A DNA stretch of 64,000 bases from Thermoanaerobaculia bacterium (GTDB lineage: Bacteria > Acidobacteriota > Thermoanaerobaculia > Multivoradales > JAGPDF01). Positions 1-9,000 of this stretch are shown one piece after another. The position numbers and the translations under genes are program-made. The stretch lies in the NCBI GenBank assembly GCA_031403995.1, contig JANNGS010000057.1:12173-76172 (forward strand), written 5' to 3'. The stretch's first letter is position 1. The number at the start of each line of letters is the position of its first letter. The notes under the pieces are model-generated. The model made no database searches and was not told the DNA's origin. It was given only the letters and a program-made list of their open reading frames with translations.

Positions 1-254
1 GCCCGCGATCAGCGGCACCAACGCCCGAAACACTCCATGCCCTTGCTTCACCGGGTCCTTCTCTGCTTTCCTTCGCATCGTCGGCTCCTTTTCCCCGAAG
101 GGAACGGTTGCTTGACACAGTCATTCTCTGACTGGACAAGGGGCCGCCGCTACTTCACGTCAAATTCAACAGAGTTCGGGACATTGCCTGCCTCACCGGC
201 GTCTGTATCTTCCAAAACCCCGGCCGCAACGACCTGCTCGGGGAAGGAGACCGC

Positions 255-1100
255 TTGCTCTTGCAGCCAGCGCAGAGCGTCAGTGGCTTGAGCTGGGTAG
301 GGGAGAGCGGCGATTTCGTGCAAGTGTTCGAGGGCAGGTATGCGGTCGAAGAGACCTGGGGAATCTGGGGCGAGCTCTACGAATCAGACAGCTCGTTCGT
401 GAGTGGGCCGGTTCGTATCAGCGACCCCGCGGTCCGCGAGGCCCGTCACCCCGCAGTGTCTCGAGACGCGCAAGGCGAGTTTCTCGTGGTTTGGGAGGCC
501 GATGGAAATCAGGACGGCGTTCCCGAGATTCGTGGCCGCAGGCTGGATCGCAATGGCGTACCCGTTGGCCCCGAGTTCGCGGTGGGCCCGGGGGAAGCGG
601 GAGAGAGCCAACGTCCGAGCGTGGCGCTCGACGCCGGAGGCAACGCCATTGTCGCCTGGGAGAGCCTCGATGCGACCACGGGGCTCAAGCAGGTTTGGAT
701 TCAAAGGCTGGACCGTGCCAACCGACGCGATGGTGATCCGCAGAGGGTGGGCGAGCCGCAGGACGCTTGGCCCGGGCCGAGAGTCGCCGGCGATCCCGCC
801 GGAAACGCCCTGCTCGTGTGGATGGAGGCGGACGGGGCCGCTGGAAATCAGCTTGTCTCCTTGTTCATCGGAGAGTCGGGGCGATTGAGAAATCAAGTCG
901 TCGCTTCGAGCCTGGCGACCGAGTTTCTCGCGCTTTCAGCCGTCGTCGCGACGAAGGCCGGTCGTTTCCAGGTGGAGTGGGAAGCGCTCGACCAGGGAAG
1001 CCCGACGCGTCGAAGCGCGCGCGACTACTCCACGCAGGGAGTCGCGATCGGGGGCGAACGTGCCGCTCCTTCAACTCTTGCCGGCGGCCCGGCTCAATGA
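255..1100 (+). CDS. Repeat protein paralogous to the downstream gene. It has four copies of a 40-50 aa unit of the form G-x-(F/I)-x-V-x-W-E...DG...R-R-x-D-x-x-G. No signal peptide is visible. The start is uncertain: TTG at 255, and in-frame sequence stays open back to 132.
   Basis: The ORF shares the repeat motif GxxxVVWE/GNAIVAWE/GNALLVWME with ORF 1097..3079. Its stop TGA overlaps the ATG of the next gene (ATGA). Composition is protein-like. Confidence 0.5.
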   Translation: MLLQPAQSVSGLSWVGESGDFVQVFEGRYAVEETWGIWGELYESDSSFVSGPVRISDPAVREARHPAVSRDAQGEFLVVWEADGNQDGVPEIRGRRLDRNGVPVGPEFAVGPGEAGESQRPSVALDAGGNAIVAWESLDATTGLKQVWIQRLDRANRRDGDPQRVGEPQDAWPGPRVAGDPAGNALLVWMEADGAAGNQLVSLFIGESGRLRNQVVASSLATEFLALSAVVATKAGRFQVEWEALDQGSPTRRSARDYSTQGVAIGGERAAPSTLAGGPAQ

Positions 1101-3079
1101 GAGCTTGGAATTGCAGCGTTCTCCTCACGGTTCTCATAGTGCCCTCGGTCTGGGCGCAAGCCCCCGTGGGCGATGAGTTTCGTGTCCACGAGAATATCGA
1201 CCGGGCCCAGAGAAACTCAGCGTCCTGCATGGATGCTACGGGCAGAGTCTTCTTCGTATGGGAGCAGGATTTTCAGATCTGGGGAAGGAACTTTGGCTCT
1301 TCGGGAGTTCCTACCTCACCTTCGTCGGAACTGACTGTACCGTCTTCTCCTCCATATGGGCACCGCCCACGCTGCGAATCGAACGCCTGGGGGGAGGGTG
1401 CGGCGGTTTGGGCGGGGGGGCCGCCAGCGCTCGTCGCCTTGAGGCCGATTGAGCTCGGAGTCGGAGCGCTTCCGGAGACTTTCTCGCTCTGGTCCGATCT
1501 CGCGTTTTCACCCGGCAATGCCTCCGTCAGCGTTCGTGCTGACGGGACTCGGGCGGTCAGCTGGGTGACAAGCGGTTCAACCTTGAGTCTCACAGATGTT
1601 TGGGTGCGAACGATCGGTCTCGATGGCAGCCTCGGTCCAGGGCCGATCCGGGCACAGCAGGACGGCGGTTACAACTCGAGCTATCCCACCGAGACGGACG
1701 TGGCTTGGCTCGATTCCGGGCGTCTGGTGGTGGTGTGGAACGCGCCGGGCGCCGACCTCGATCAGGATGGGGTACTGGCGCGGATCTTCGACGCAAATGG
1801 AAATCCGGAGGGACCGGCCTTTCTGGTCAACACCTACGAGATCGACCTCCAGGTCGATCCCGAGGTCGATTCCGACTCGTACGGCAACTTCACCGTCGTC
1901 TGGGACAGCTTCTGGCAGGATGGCAGTGGCGAGGGGATCTTCGCCCAGCGCTTCGACCATCTGGGCCAGAAGTTGGGGAACGAGATGCAGGTGAGCTCCA
2001 ACGCATACTCGGGTCAATACGAGCCGTCGATCTCTATCGATTGGGCCGGGAATTCGGTGGTCTCCTTCTCGAGCATCCAAGAAGAAAACCATCTCCGCGA
2101 AGACACATTCGTGAAGGCGTATAGGGCCGACGGAAGCACGCTTGGAGAGCAGTTGATGGTCAACCAGCAGATCATCTACGAGCAGGACGTGCCGAGCGTC
2201 TCGCTTTCGGACTCCGGGACCTTCGTCGTCTCTTGGCATAGCCATCAGGTCAACGATCTGCCGCTGGGGGCGGACCCCGACGTCATGGAGCGTCGCTTCA
2301 CGCTCCCGTGTTTGCCAGGACCGACGACGCTCTGCCTACTGGGCGATCGCTTTCTAGTGCGGGCGCTCTACGAAACTGCCGCTGGAGGTCGCGGCTTCGG
2401 CGAGGCGATCCCGCTCACATCGGGATCCGGAGGCTTCTGGTTCTTCTGGCCCGACAACTTCGAGCTGCTGGTGAAGGTCGTCGATGGCTGCAACTTCAAC
2501 AGGAGATTCTGGCTCTTCGCTGCCGGGCTCACCGACGTCAAGGTCGATCTCATTGTTACCGACACCTGGACCGGAACCGTCCAAACCTGGAGGAGCACTC
2601 TCGGTGAACCGTTCGCGCCGGTGCAACAGATCGAGCGCTTCGCGACCTGCGATGCGCCACGGCCAGTGAGCTTTGCGGCGGGCGCGACGAGCATGGCAAG
2701 ACCGCTTGCCACCTCGATGGAAACCGATCTCTGCTCTCCCGACACGACCCATCTCTGCCTCAACGACGGGCGATTCCGCGTTGGCGCCAACTGGCGCGCC
2801 TTCGACGGTCGACAGGGCATCGCGACGGCCGCCCCCCTCGCCGGCGACAGTGGTCTCTTCTGGTTCTTCGCACCCGAGATACTGGAGTTGGCGATCAAGG
2901 TAATTGATGGCTGCCAGTTGAACGATAGATTCTGGGTCTACACTGCTGGACTGACAAACGTCGAGGTTGACCTGACGGTGGAAGACTTGTTGCGGAATCG
3001 GTCATGGTCCTTCCACAACCCGGCGGGGCAGGCTTTCCCTCCCATTCTCGATTCTTCCGCCCTGGACACCTGCCCCTAA
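1097..3079 (+). CDS. Secreted repeat protein. It has a signal peptide, six copies of the same 45-50 aa repeat, and then two tandem copies of a roughly 110 aa Cys-bounded domain (motif FWFFxP..EL..KV.DGC..N.RFW...AGLT.V.VDL.V.D).
   Basis: The Met at 1097 is followed by MRAWNCSVLLTVLIVPSVWAQAP, an n-h-c signal peptide; the ORF track starts further upstream at 767 in the same frame. The repeats and the C-terminal duplication were read directly from the translation. Confidence 0.7.
   Translation: MRAWNCSVLLTVLIVPSVWAQAPVGDEFRVHENIDRAQRNSASCMDATGRVFFVWEQDFQIWGRNFGSSGVPTSPSSELTVPSSPPYGHRPRCESNAWGEGAAVWAGGPPALVALRPIELGVGALPETFSLWSDLAFSPGNASVSVRADGTRAVSWVTSGSTLSLTDVWVRTIGLDGSLGPGPIRAQQDGGYNSSYPTETDVAWLDSGRLVVVWNAPGADLDQDGVLARIFDANGNPEGPAFLVNTYEIDLQVDPEVDSDSYGNFTVVWDSFWQDGSGEGIFAQRFDHLGQKLGNEMQVSSNAYSGQYEPSISIDWAGNSVVSFSSIQEENHLREDTFVKAYRADGSTLGEQLMVNQQIIYEQDVPSVSLSDSGTFVVSWHSHQVNDLPLGADPDVMERRFTLPCLPGPTTLCLLGDRFLVRALYETAAGGRGFGEAIPLTSGSGGFWFFWPDNFELLVKVVDGCNFNRRFWLFAAGLTDVKVDLIVTDTWTGTVQTWRSTLGEPFAPVQQIERFATCDAPRPVSFAAGATSMARPLATSMETDLCSPDTTHLCLNDGRFRVGANWRAFDGRQGIATAAPLAGDSGLFWFFAPEILELAIKVIDGCQLNDRFWVYTAGLTNVEVDLTVEDLLRNRSWSFHNPAGQAFPPILDSSALDTCP
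2290..3079 (+). repeat. Internal tandem duplication encoding two roughly 110-aa domains (TLCLLGDRF...RFATC and HLCLNDGRF...LDTC) at the C-terminus of the 1097..3079 protein.
   Basis: The two segments align motif-for-motif: FWFF, ELxxKVxDGC, RFWxxxAGLTxVxVDL. Confidence 0.6.
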
Positions 3080-3185
3080 GTTCGCGTTGTCTGGGGAAGC
3101 ACCCGCACGCAGGATCCGAGTCCGCCCACCCAGGCTAGCTGGTTTCGCGCTGTCGCACGGATGCTAGGCTCGTCCGGGCCTCGCC
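3080..3185 (+). promoter_or_regulatory. 5' leader/promoter region of the Ni/Co ECF-transporter operon. It may hold a metal- or B12-responsive element, but no riboswitch consensus was recognised by eye.
   Basis: A 106-nt non-coding gap lies directly upstream of cbiM. cbiM/nikM operons are usually controlled by B12 riboswitches or NikR; this element is inferred, not observed. Confidence 0.2.
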
Positions 3186-4286
3186 ATGCACATTCCGGAC
3201 GGTTATCTCAGTCCCTCGACCTGCGCGGCGCTCTATGCCGCGGCGCTGCCGTTCTGGACGGTGGCGCTGCGCCGGGTGCGGACGCTGCTGGCAACGCGCT
3301 TCGTGCCTTTGATCTCGCTCTTCGCGGCTTTCTCCTTCGTCATCATGATGTTCAATCTGCCGCTGCCCGGTGGAACGACGGGGCATGCGGTGGGGATCGC
3401 GATGGCGGCGATCGTGCTCGGGCCGTGGGGGGCGACTATCGCGATCTCGGTGGCGCTCGCGATCCAGGCGTTGCTCTTCGGCGACGGCGGAATCCTCACC
3501 CTGGGCGCCAACTGCTTCAACATCGCCATCGCCGGCTCGTGGGTCGCGGCGGCGGTCTACCGGTTGGCCGCGGCAGGGGCACCCCTGCTCGCGCCGCGGC
3601 GCGTCTTCGCCGCTGGGCTGGCCGGATACTGTGCGATCAACGCCGCGGCATTCCTGACCGCGCTCGAGCTGGGTGTGCAGCCGATGCTCTTTCACGACGC
3701 GACCGGCGCGGCGCTCTACGCTCCCTACCCGTTGAAGGTCGCGGTGCCGGCGATGATGCTCGGGCATCTGACCTTCGCCGGACTGGCAGAGGCTCTGCTC
3801 ACCGCCGGTGTCGTGCGCTACCTGCAGCAGAGCGAGCGTGAGCTCCTGGGCGGGGGCGCCCGAACCTCCGTCGGCATGTCGCCATTGGGTGGCATCGCGC
3901 CTGCCGGGGGCGGCTCCACGCGCCGGCTCTGGGCGTGGCTCGGCCTGCTCCTGGTGCTCTCGCCGCTCGGTCTGCTCGCCGCCGGCAGCGCCTGGGCGGA
4001 GTGGAGCCCGGAAGATCTCGCTGACCCGGTTGCACGAGCGGCGATCGCGGCGGTGAGTGGCGGAGCGGAGCTGCCCGCGGTAGCTCCGAGCGGTCTCGGC
4101 CGCCTAGCGACTCTTTGGACGGCGCCGGTGCCGGACTACGCTCCGGCTTTCCTGCGCAGCGCAGCGATGGGCTATCTAATCTCGGCCCTCGTCGGGGTCG
4201 GGATCATCGTGCTCACGGTCGTCGGACTGCAACTCCTCGTCGACCGGACGCGACGCGGCGGGCCGCAAGCCGCGCCCTCCCTCTGA
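3186..4286 (+). CDS. cbiM: ECF-transporter substrate-capture component CbiM/NikM (Ni2+/Co2+) with a fused C-terminal CbiN/NikN-like two-TM extension.
   Basis: The N-terminus MHIPDGYLS is the hallmark metal-binding start of CbiM/NikM. The body is polytopic and hydrophobic. An extra roughly 120 aa with two TM segments resembles the small N component. Confidence 0.8.
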   Translation: MHIPDGYLSPSTCAALYAAALPFWTVALRRVRTLLATRFVPLISLFAAFSFVIMMFNLPLPGGTTGHAVGIAMAAIVLGPWGATIAISVALAIQALLFGDGGILTLGANCFNIAIAGSWVAAAVYRLAAAGAPLLAPRRVFAAGLAGYCAINAAAFLTALELGVQPMLFHDATGAALYAPYPLKVAVPAMMLGHLTFAGLAEALLTAGVVRYLQQSERELLGGGARTSVGMSPLGGIAPAGGGSTRRLWAWLGLLLVLSPLGLLAAGSAWAEWSPEDLADPVARAAIAAVSGGAELPAVAPSGLGRLATLWTAPVPDYAPAFLRSAAMGYLISALVGVGIIVLTVVGLQLLVDRTRRGGPQAAPSL

Positions 4287-5167
4287 TGTCTCGCGAGCGA
4301 CCGAAGGCGACAGCGGCGGCGATCGCCTCGCCGGGTTTTCGCCTGGCCGGCAGGTCGCCGGTGGAACGAACGCTGGAGGAGCTGTTGCGGGTCGCCGAGC
4401 GCTCCCTGCACGCCGAAGAGACGGCGAGGCGCGGTGGACTTCTGCAGAAGCTCGACGCGCGCGCCAAGTGGATCGGCCTCGGCGGTCTCGTCCTGGCGGC
4501 GGGACTGGCGCGCAGCTTCGCGGTGCTCGGAGCGCTGTTCAGCCTCGCGCTGCTGCTCGCCCTGCTCTCTCGCCTGCGCTTGCGCGAGCTCGCACTGCGG
4601 GCCTGGTTGCCGGCGCTGCTCTTCACGGGGTTGGTCGCCGGCCCGGCGCTCTTTCTCACCCCGGGGCCGGCACTCGCCGGGTTCGCGGGTTTGCCCGAGG
4701 CGCTGGGGGTAAGTACCACCGGGGCGCGCGCTGTCGGCTTCCTCCTGCTGCGCGTCGAGGCGATCACCTCGTTCACGCTGCTCCTCGTGTTGACCACTCC
4801 GTGGGCGCGCCTGCTCGCGGCGCTGCGCGGCCTGCGCGTGCCGGCGACGGTGGTGGTCATCCTCGGCATGACCTATCGCTTCCTCTTTCTGCTTCTTTCG
4901 AGCACCCACGATCTCTTCCTCGCCCGGCGCAGCCGGTCGGTCGGCCGCCTCGCGCCGCGCGCGTCACGGCAGCTCTTCGCGCGTACGACCGGCGTTTTGC
5001 TCTCGCGAACCGTCGCCACCAGCCAGCAGGTCTACCTCGCGATGATCTCGCGCGGTTCCTCCGGCGACGTGCGGCTGCTCGATCCGCTGGCGATGCAGGG
5101 GCGGGATTGGGGCGCCGTCGCGACGAGTCTCGGGCTCGCTGCCGTGGCTATCTGGGTGGGTCGATGA
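4286..5167 (+). CDS. cbiQ: ECF transporter transmembrane (T) component CbiQ.
   Basis: The segment VLTTPWARLLAALRGLRVP...ILGMTYRFLF is typical of CbiQ/EcfT. Its ATG overlaps the cbiM stop (TGATG). The track ORF 4115..5167 is in the same frame. Confidence 0.75.
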   Translation: MSRERPKATAAAIASPGFRLAGRSPVERTLEELLRVAERSLHAEETARRGGLLQKLDARAKWIGLGGLVLAAGLARSFAVLGALFSLALLLALLSRLRLRELALRAWLPALLFTGLVAGPALFLTPGPALAGFAGLPEALGVSTTGARAVGFLLLRVEAITSFTLLLVLTTPWARLLAALRGLRVPATVVVILGMTYRFLFLLLSSTHDLFLARRSRSVGRLAPRASRQLFARTTGVLLSRTVATSQQVYLAMISRGSSGDVRLLDPLAMQGRDWGAVATSLGLAAVAIWVGR

Positions 5168-5985
5168 GCTCTGCACAGGTACCGCTCTACGAGCTGCGCG
5201 AGGTGAGCTATCGCTACGAGGAGATCGTCGCGATCGACGCCTGCTCGCTGACCATCGAGCGCGGCTCGCGTGTCGCGCTGCTCGGCGCCAACGGTTCAGG
5301 CAAGTCGACGCTGCTCATGCTGCTCGATGCCCTGCAGCCGCCGAGCGCGGGGTCGATCCACTTCGACGGCCGCGAGCTCTCGCCCGCGGCGCTGCTCGAC
5401 GAACGCGTGAACCACGACTTCCGGCGCCGTGTCGGTTTCGTCTTCCAGAACCCGGAGGTGCAGCTCTTCAATCCGACGGTGCGCGACGAGATTGCCTTCG
5501 CCCCGCTGCAGCTCGGCTGGCCGGCGGAGAAGATCCGCGACGAAGTGGAGCGGATGGTCGACCGGATGCAGCTGCGCCAGGTCGTCGAGCGCCCGACCTT
5601 CCGGCTCTCGATGGGCGAGAAGAAGCGGGTTGCGATCGCCTCTGTACTCATCCTCGACCCGGAGGTGATGCTCCTCGACGAGCCGACCGCCGGCCTCGAC
5701 CCGCGCAGCCAGAGCGGGGTCATCGACCTGCTCGAGGAGTGGCAGGGGAGCGGACGGACGGTAGTGCTGGCGACCCACGACCTCGGCGTGATCGAGGAGG
5801 TCGCCGACCGCTGCCTGGTCTTCCAGGAAGGCCGGCTGGTCGCCGACCACACCCCGAAAGAGACCGTCACCGACCTCGACCTTCTCGCCCGCACCGGCCT
5901 CGTCCACAGCCATCGGCATTCGCACCGCTCGGGTCTGCACCACGCGCATCCTCATCTCCACCGCCACGAGCACGGCGAGTCGTAG
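5164..5985 (+). CDS. cbiO: ECF transporter ATPase CbiO with a His-rich C-terminal tail (HSHRHSHRSGLHHAHPHLHRHEHGES).
   Basis: It has Walker A GANGSGKST, the ABC signature LSMGEKKRVAIA and Walker B LLDEPTAGLD. The ATGA overlap with cbiQ was seen in the sequence. Confidence 0.85.
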   Translation: MSSAQVPLYELREVSYRYEEIVAIDACSLTIERGSRVALLGANGSGKSTLLMLLDALQPPSAGSIHFDGRELSPAALLDERVNHDFRRRVGFVFQNPEVQLFNPTVRDEIAFAPLQLGWPAEKIRDEVERMVDRMQLRQVVERPTFRLSMGEKKRVAIASVLILDPEVMLLDEPTAGLDPRSQSGVIDLLEEWQGSGRTVVLATHDLGVIEEVADRCLVFQEGRLVADHTPKETVTDLDLLARTGLVHSHRHSHRSGLHHAHPHLHRHEHGES

Positions 5986-6008
5986 CCCGACAATAGGCGC
6001 GGCGGCAG

Positions 6009-9000
6009 TCAGCCCAGGCGCTCGAGCTCGGCGGCGAGGACGTCGACGTGTGGTGGCTCGAGCATTGAGAGATGGTCGCCCGGCACCGGCACAATCGCGA
6101 GCTCGCAGCCGGTTCGCCGCATGAACTCCGCATAGAGTCCGCCGGAACGCACGGTGGCGGCTAGAAAGGTCACCCTGCCGTCCCAGGCGCCGGGAAGGTA
6201 GCGCGCCAAGGCGGCTTCGTTGGCTCGCAAGACGCGGGTGAAGTGGCGGTATTCGTTCGCCTTGATCACCTCGTCGCGGCCATCCTTGAAGCGGCGAAGG
6301 CGGCGCCGCAGGCGCCCCAGGAGATCGCCCGCGGAGCGCCGCAGCCGGTCGTGAATCCACGCCCTTGCGGAGAGGGGCTCAGGGCGAACCCCGGGCAGGA
6401 CCTCGGCCAGCTCGGTGTCGAACATAGCGATCCAGGAGATTTCGTTGGGCCTCGCGAGGCGCGCCATCTCGTAGGCCACGACGCCTCCGAACGACATGCC
6501 GGCGATGCGGTAGGGCGGCGGGATCGGATGCGCCCGAACCTCCGCCAGAAGAATCTCCGCGAGCTCCTCGATCGTCTGCGGGATCGGTCGGTGGTCGTCG
6601 AGGCCCGGACTCTGAAGGCCGATGAGGAGGCGCCCGGGTGCAAGGATTCGCGCCAACGCGACCAGGCGGAGCAAGTGCCCACCGAGCCCGTGAACGCAGA
6701 AGATAACCGACGCCGCCCGCGCCGCCGGCGACGTCGGCGGGACGATCGTCACCAGGTTCGAGGCTTCTCCGAGACCAGACTCCGGCGCCATCTTGGAGCG
6801 CAATTCGGCCACGAGACCCGCGAGCGTCGGCGAGCGCAGGAGCTCGGCCACGCGGAGTGGAGCTCCGAACGCGGCTTCGATCCCGACGAGCAGCGAGACC
6901 GCGGCGAGAGAATCGCCGCCCGAAGCGAAGAAATCGGCGTCGCGAGAGATCGGCGTCACGTCGCCACGGCCGAGGGCGAGCTGCCAGATCTTCGCCAGCC
7001 GCTGTTCCAGAGGATCGCCGACCGACCCGAGCGCTTTCTCCCCGCACGCAGCCTCCGGCTTCGCGGGCGGAGGCGACGAGCTCTCACCCACCAGGCGATC
7101 GAAGTCGACCTTGCCGGCGAGGGTGAGTGGCAGGAAGGCGACGGCGAGGAGCGGGCTTGGGCGCAAGTACGCGGGCAGCCGCCGTTCGCACTCGCCCGCG
7201 ACCGCGGCGAGGTCTGCCCCGGTCGCGAGCACGACCCATCCGCTCAGGCGGAAGCCGCCCGCGGCCAGCGGTGCTGGCGCGACTGCGGCTGCGGAGACGC
7301 CGGCAATCGCGCGCAGCGTCGCCTCGACCTCTCCCGGCTCGACCCGTCGTCCAGCGATCTTGACTTGCCGATCGAGCCGGCCGAGAAACTCCAGCTCGCC
7401 GTCGCCGCGCCGGCGCACCCGGTCGCCGGTGGCATAGAAGCGATCAGAGCCACGACCTTGCTCGTCGCCGCCATCGCCGTCGGCGTTGCCGGAGGGGTCG
7501 AAGCGGGCGAATCGCGCCGCGGTCAGGTCGGGCCGCAGGTGATAGCCCCGCGCCAAGCCGCGGCCGCCGAGCCAGAGCTCCCCGGACTCGCCGGCAGCGA
7601 CTTGCCGGCGTTCGGTATCGAGGACGACGGCCCGCACTCCCTCGACCGGGTGCCCGATCGGCAGGCCGTTTCTCTCTGTGAGGTCGGAGGCGCGACGCGG
7701 CGCGTTCCACCATGTCGCCACGATCGTCGTTTCGGTCGGACCGTAGGTGTTGATGAGGCGCTTGCCGGCGGTGGCCTCGAGCCAGACGCGCGCGGCGCGC
7801 CCGCTCGCCAGCTCGCCGCCGAGAACCAGCAGGCGCAGGCTCGGCGGGAGCTCGAGGCCGTGAGCATCGACTTCCGTCGCGGCCTGCTCCCAGACCGCGG
7901 TCGGCAGGTCGAGGATGGTGACATCGAGCTCGCCGCAGCGCGCCAGGAGCTCGCGTGGCGCCGGCAGTGCAGGCTCGTCGAAGGCTACCAGCGTGGCGCC
8001 GTGGCAGAGCGCTCCGAAGATCTGTTCGAGGGCGAGATCGAACGCCGGCGAGGCAAGCTGAAGAATCCGGTCGCTGGGGGAAATCTCGAACTCGCGGCCC
8101 GCGGCTGCGATGTAGTGGGCGAACGCATGGTGCTCGACCGCGACTCCCTTGGGCGCGCCGGTCGAGCCCGAGGTCGCGGCGACGTAGGCGAGATCCCAAG
8201 GTTGCGCCGCCTGCCGCGGTTCGGCGCCGCTGCTCAAGGGCGAGTGCTCGCAGCCGTCCGCGAGACCGACCGGATGCATCGGAAGGTGCTGCAGAAGCGG
8301 CAGTAATGCAGCGGGGCGGTGCGGTGCGGATTCTCCGACTGCCAGCAGCGGGCGGTTCTCGGCGAGGATCCGAGCCACGCGATCCGGCGAGTCGAGGGCA
8401 TCGAGGACGAGAAAAGCGCCGCCGGCCTCGTGCACGGCGAGCATGGCCGTGACCAGATCGGGAAGGCGCCGGAGGCGCAGCGCCACTAGTCTCCCAGGCC
8501 CGACGCCGCGCCGCGCGAGGGCCGCAGCGAGGCGGCTCGCCCGCTCATTCAATTGCCGATAGCTCCAGCGCTCGTCACCCCACTCGACGGCGAGCGCGTC
8601 CGGCCTCCTTTCGGCGTGGGCCCGAAAGCGCTCGCCCACCGTGGGGATGCGTTCCGCAGGGAGGAGCGTCCCTGGCGTCGGACGACCGGCGACGTGCCTG
8701 CGGAGCCGGCGAGCGAAGCGGTGTGCAAAGTCTGTGAGGGAATCGCTCTCCGGAGGCAAGCGGGTGCGCAACGTCACCTTGCGGAGTCCGGGATCGACGG
8801 CGATCGTGAGGCGTATCGCACCTTCGGCAGGGAGGCCCGGGGGCGTCTCTCCGACGGTCAGCAGGTCGAGTGCCACGGCTGGACCGCATGGAAGACCGGA
8901 TCCGGTGGCGGCCGCCGTCAGCCGACGGCTGCGCAGGGGGAGATCCGTCGGGAACGTGCCGCGTGTCCGCAGGCGCGTGCGCTGTTCAGTCAAGTCGCGC

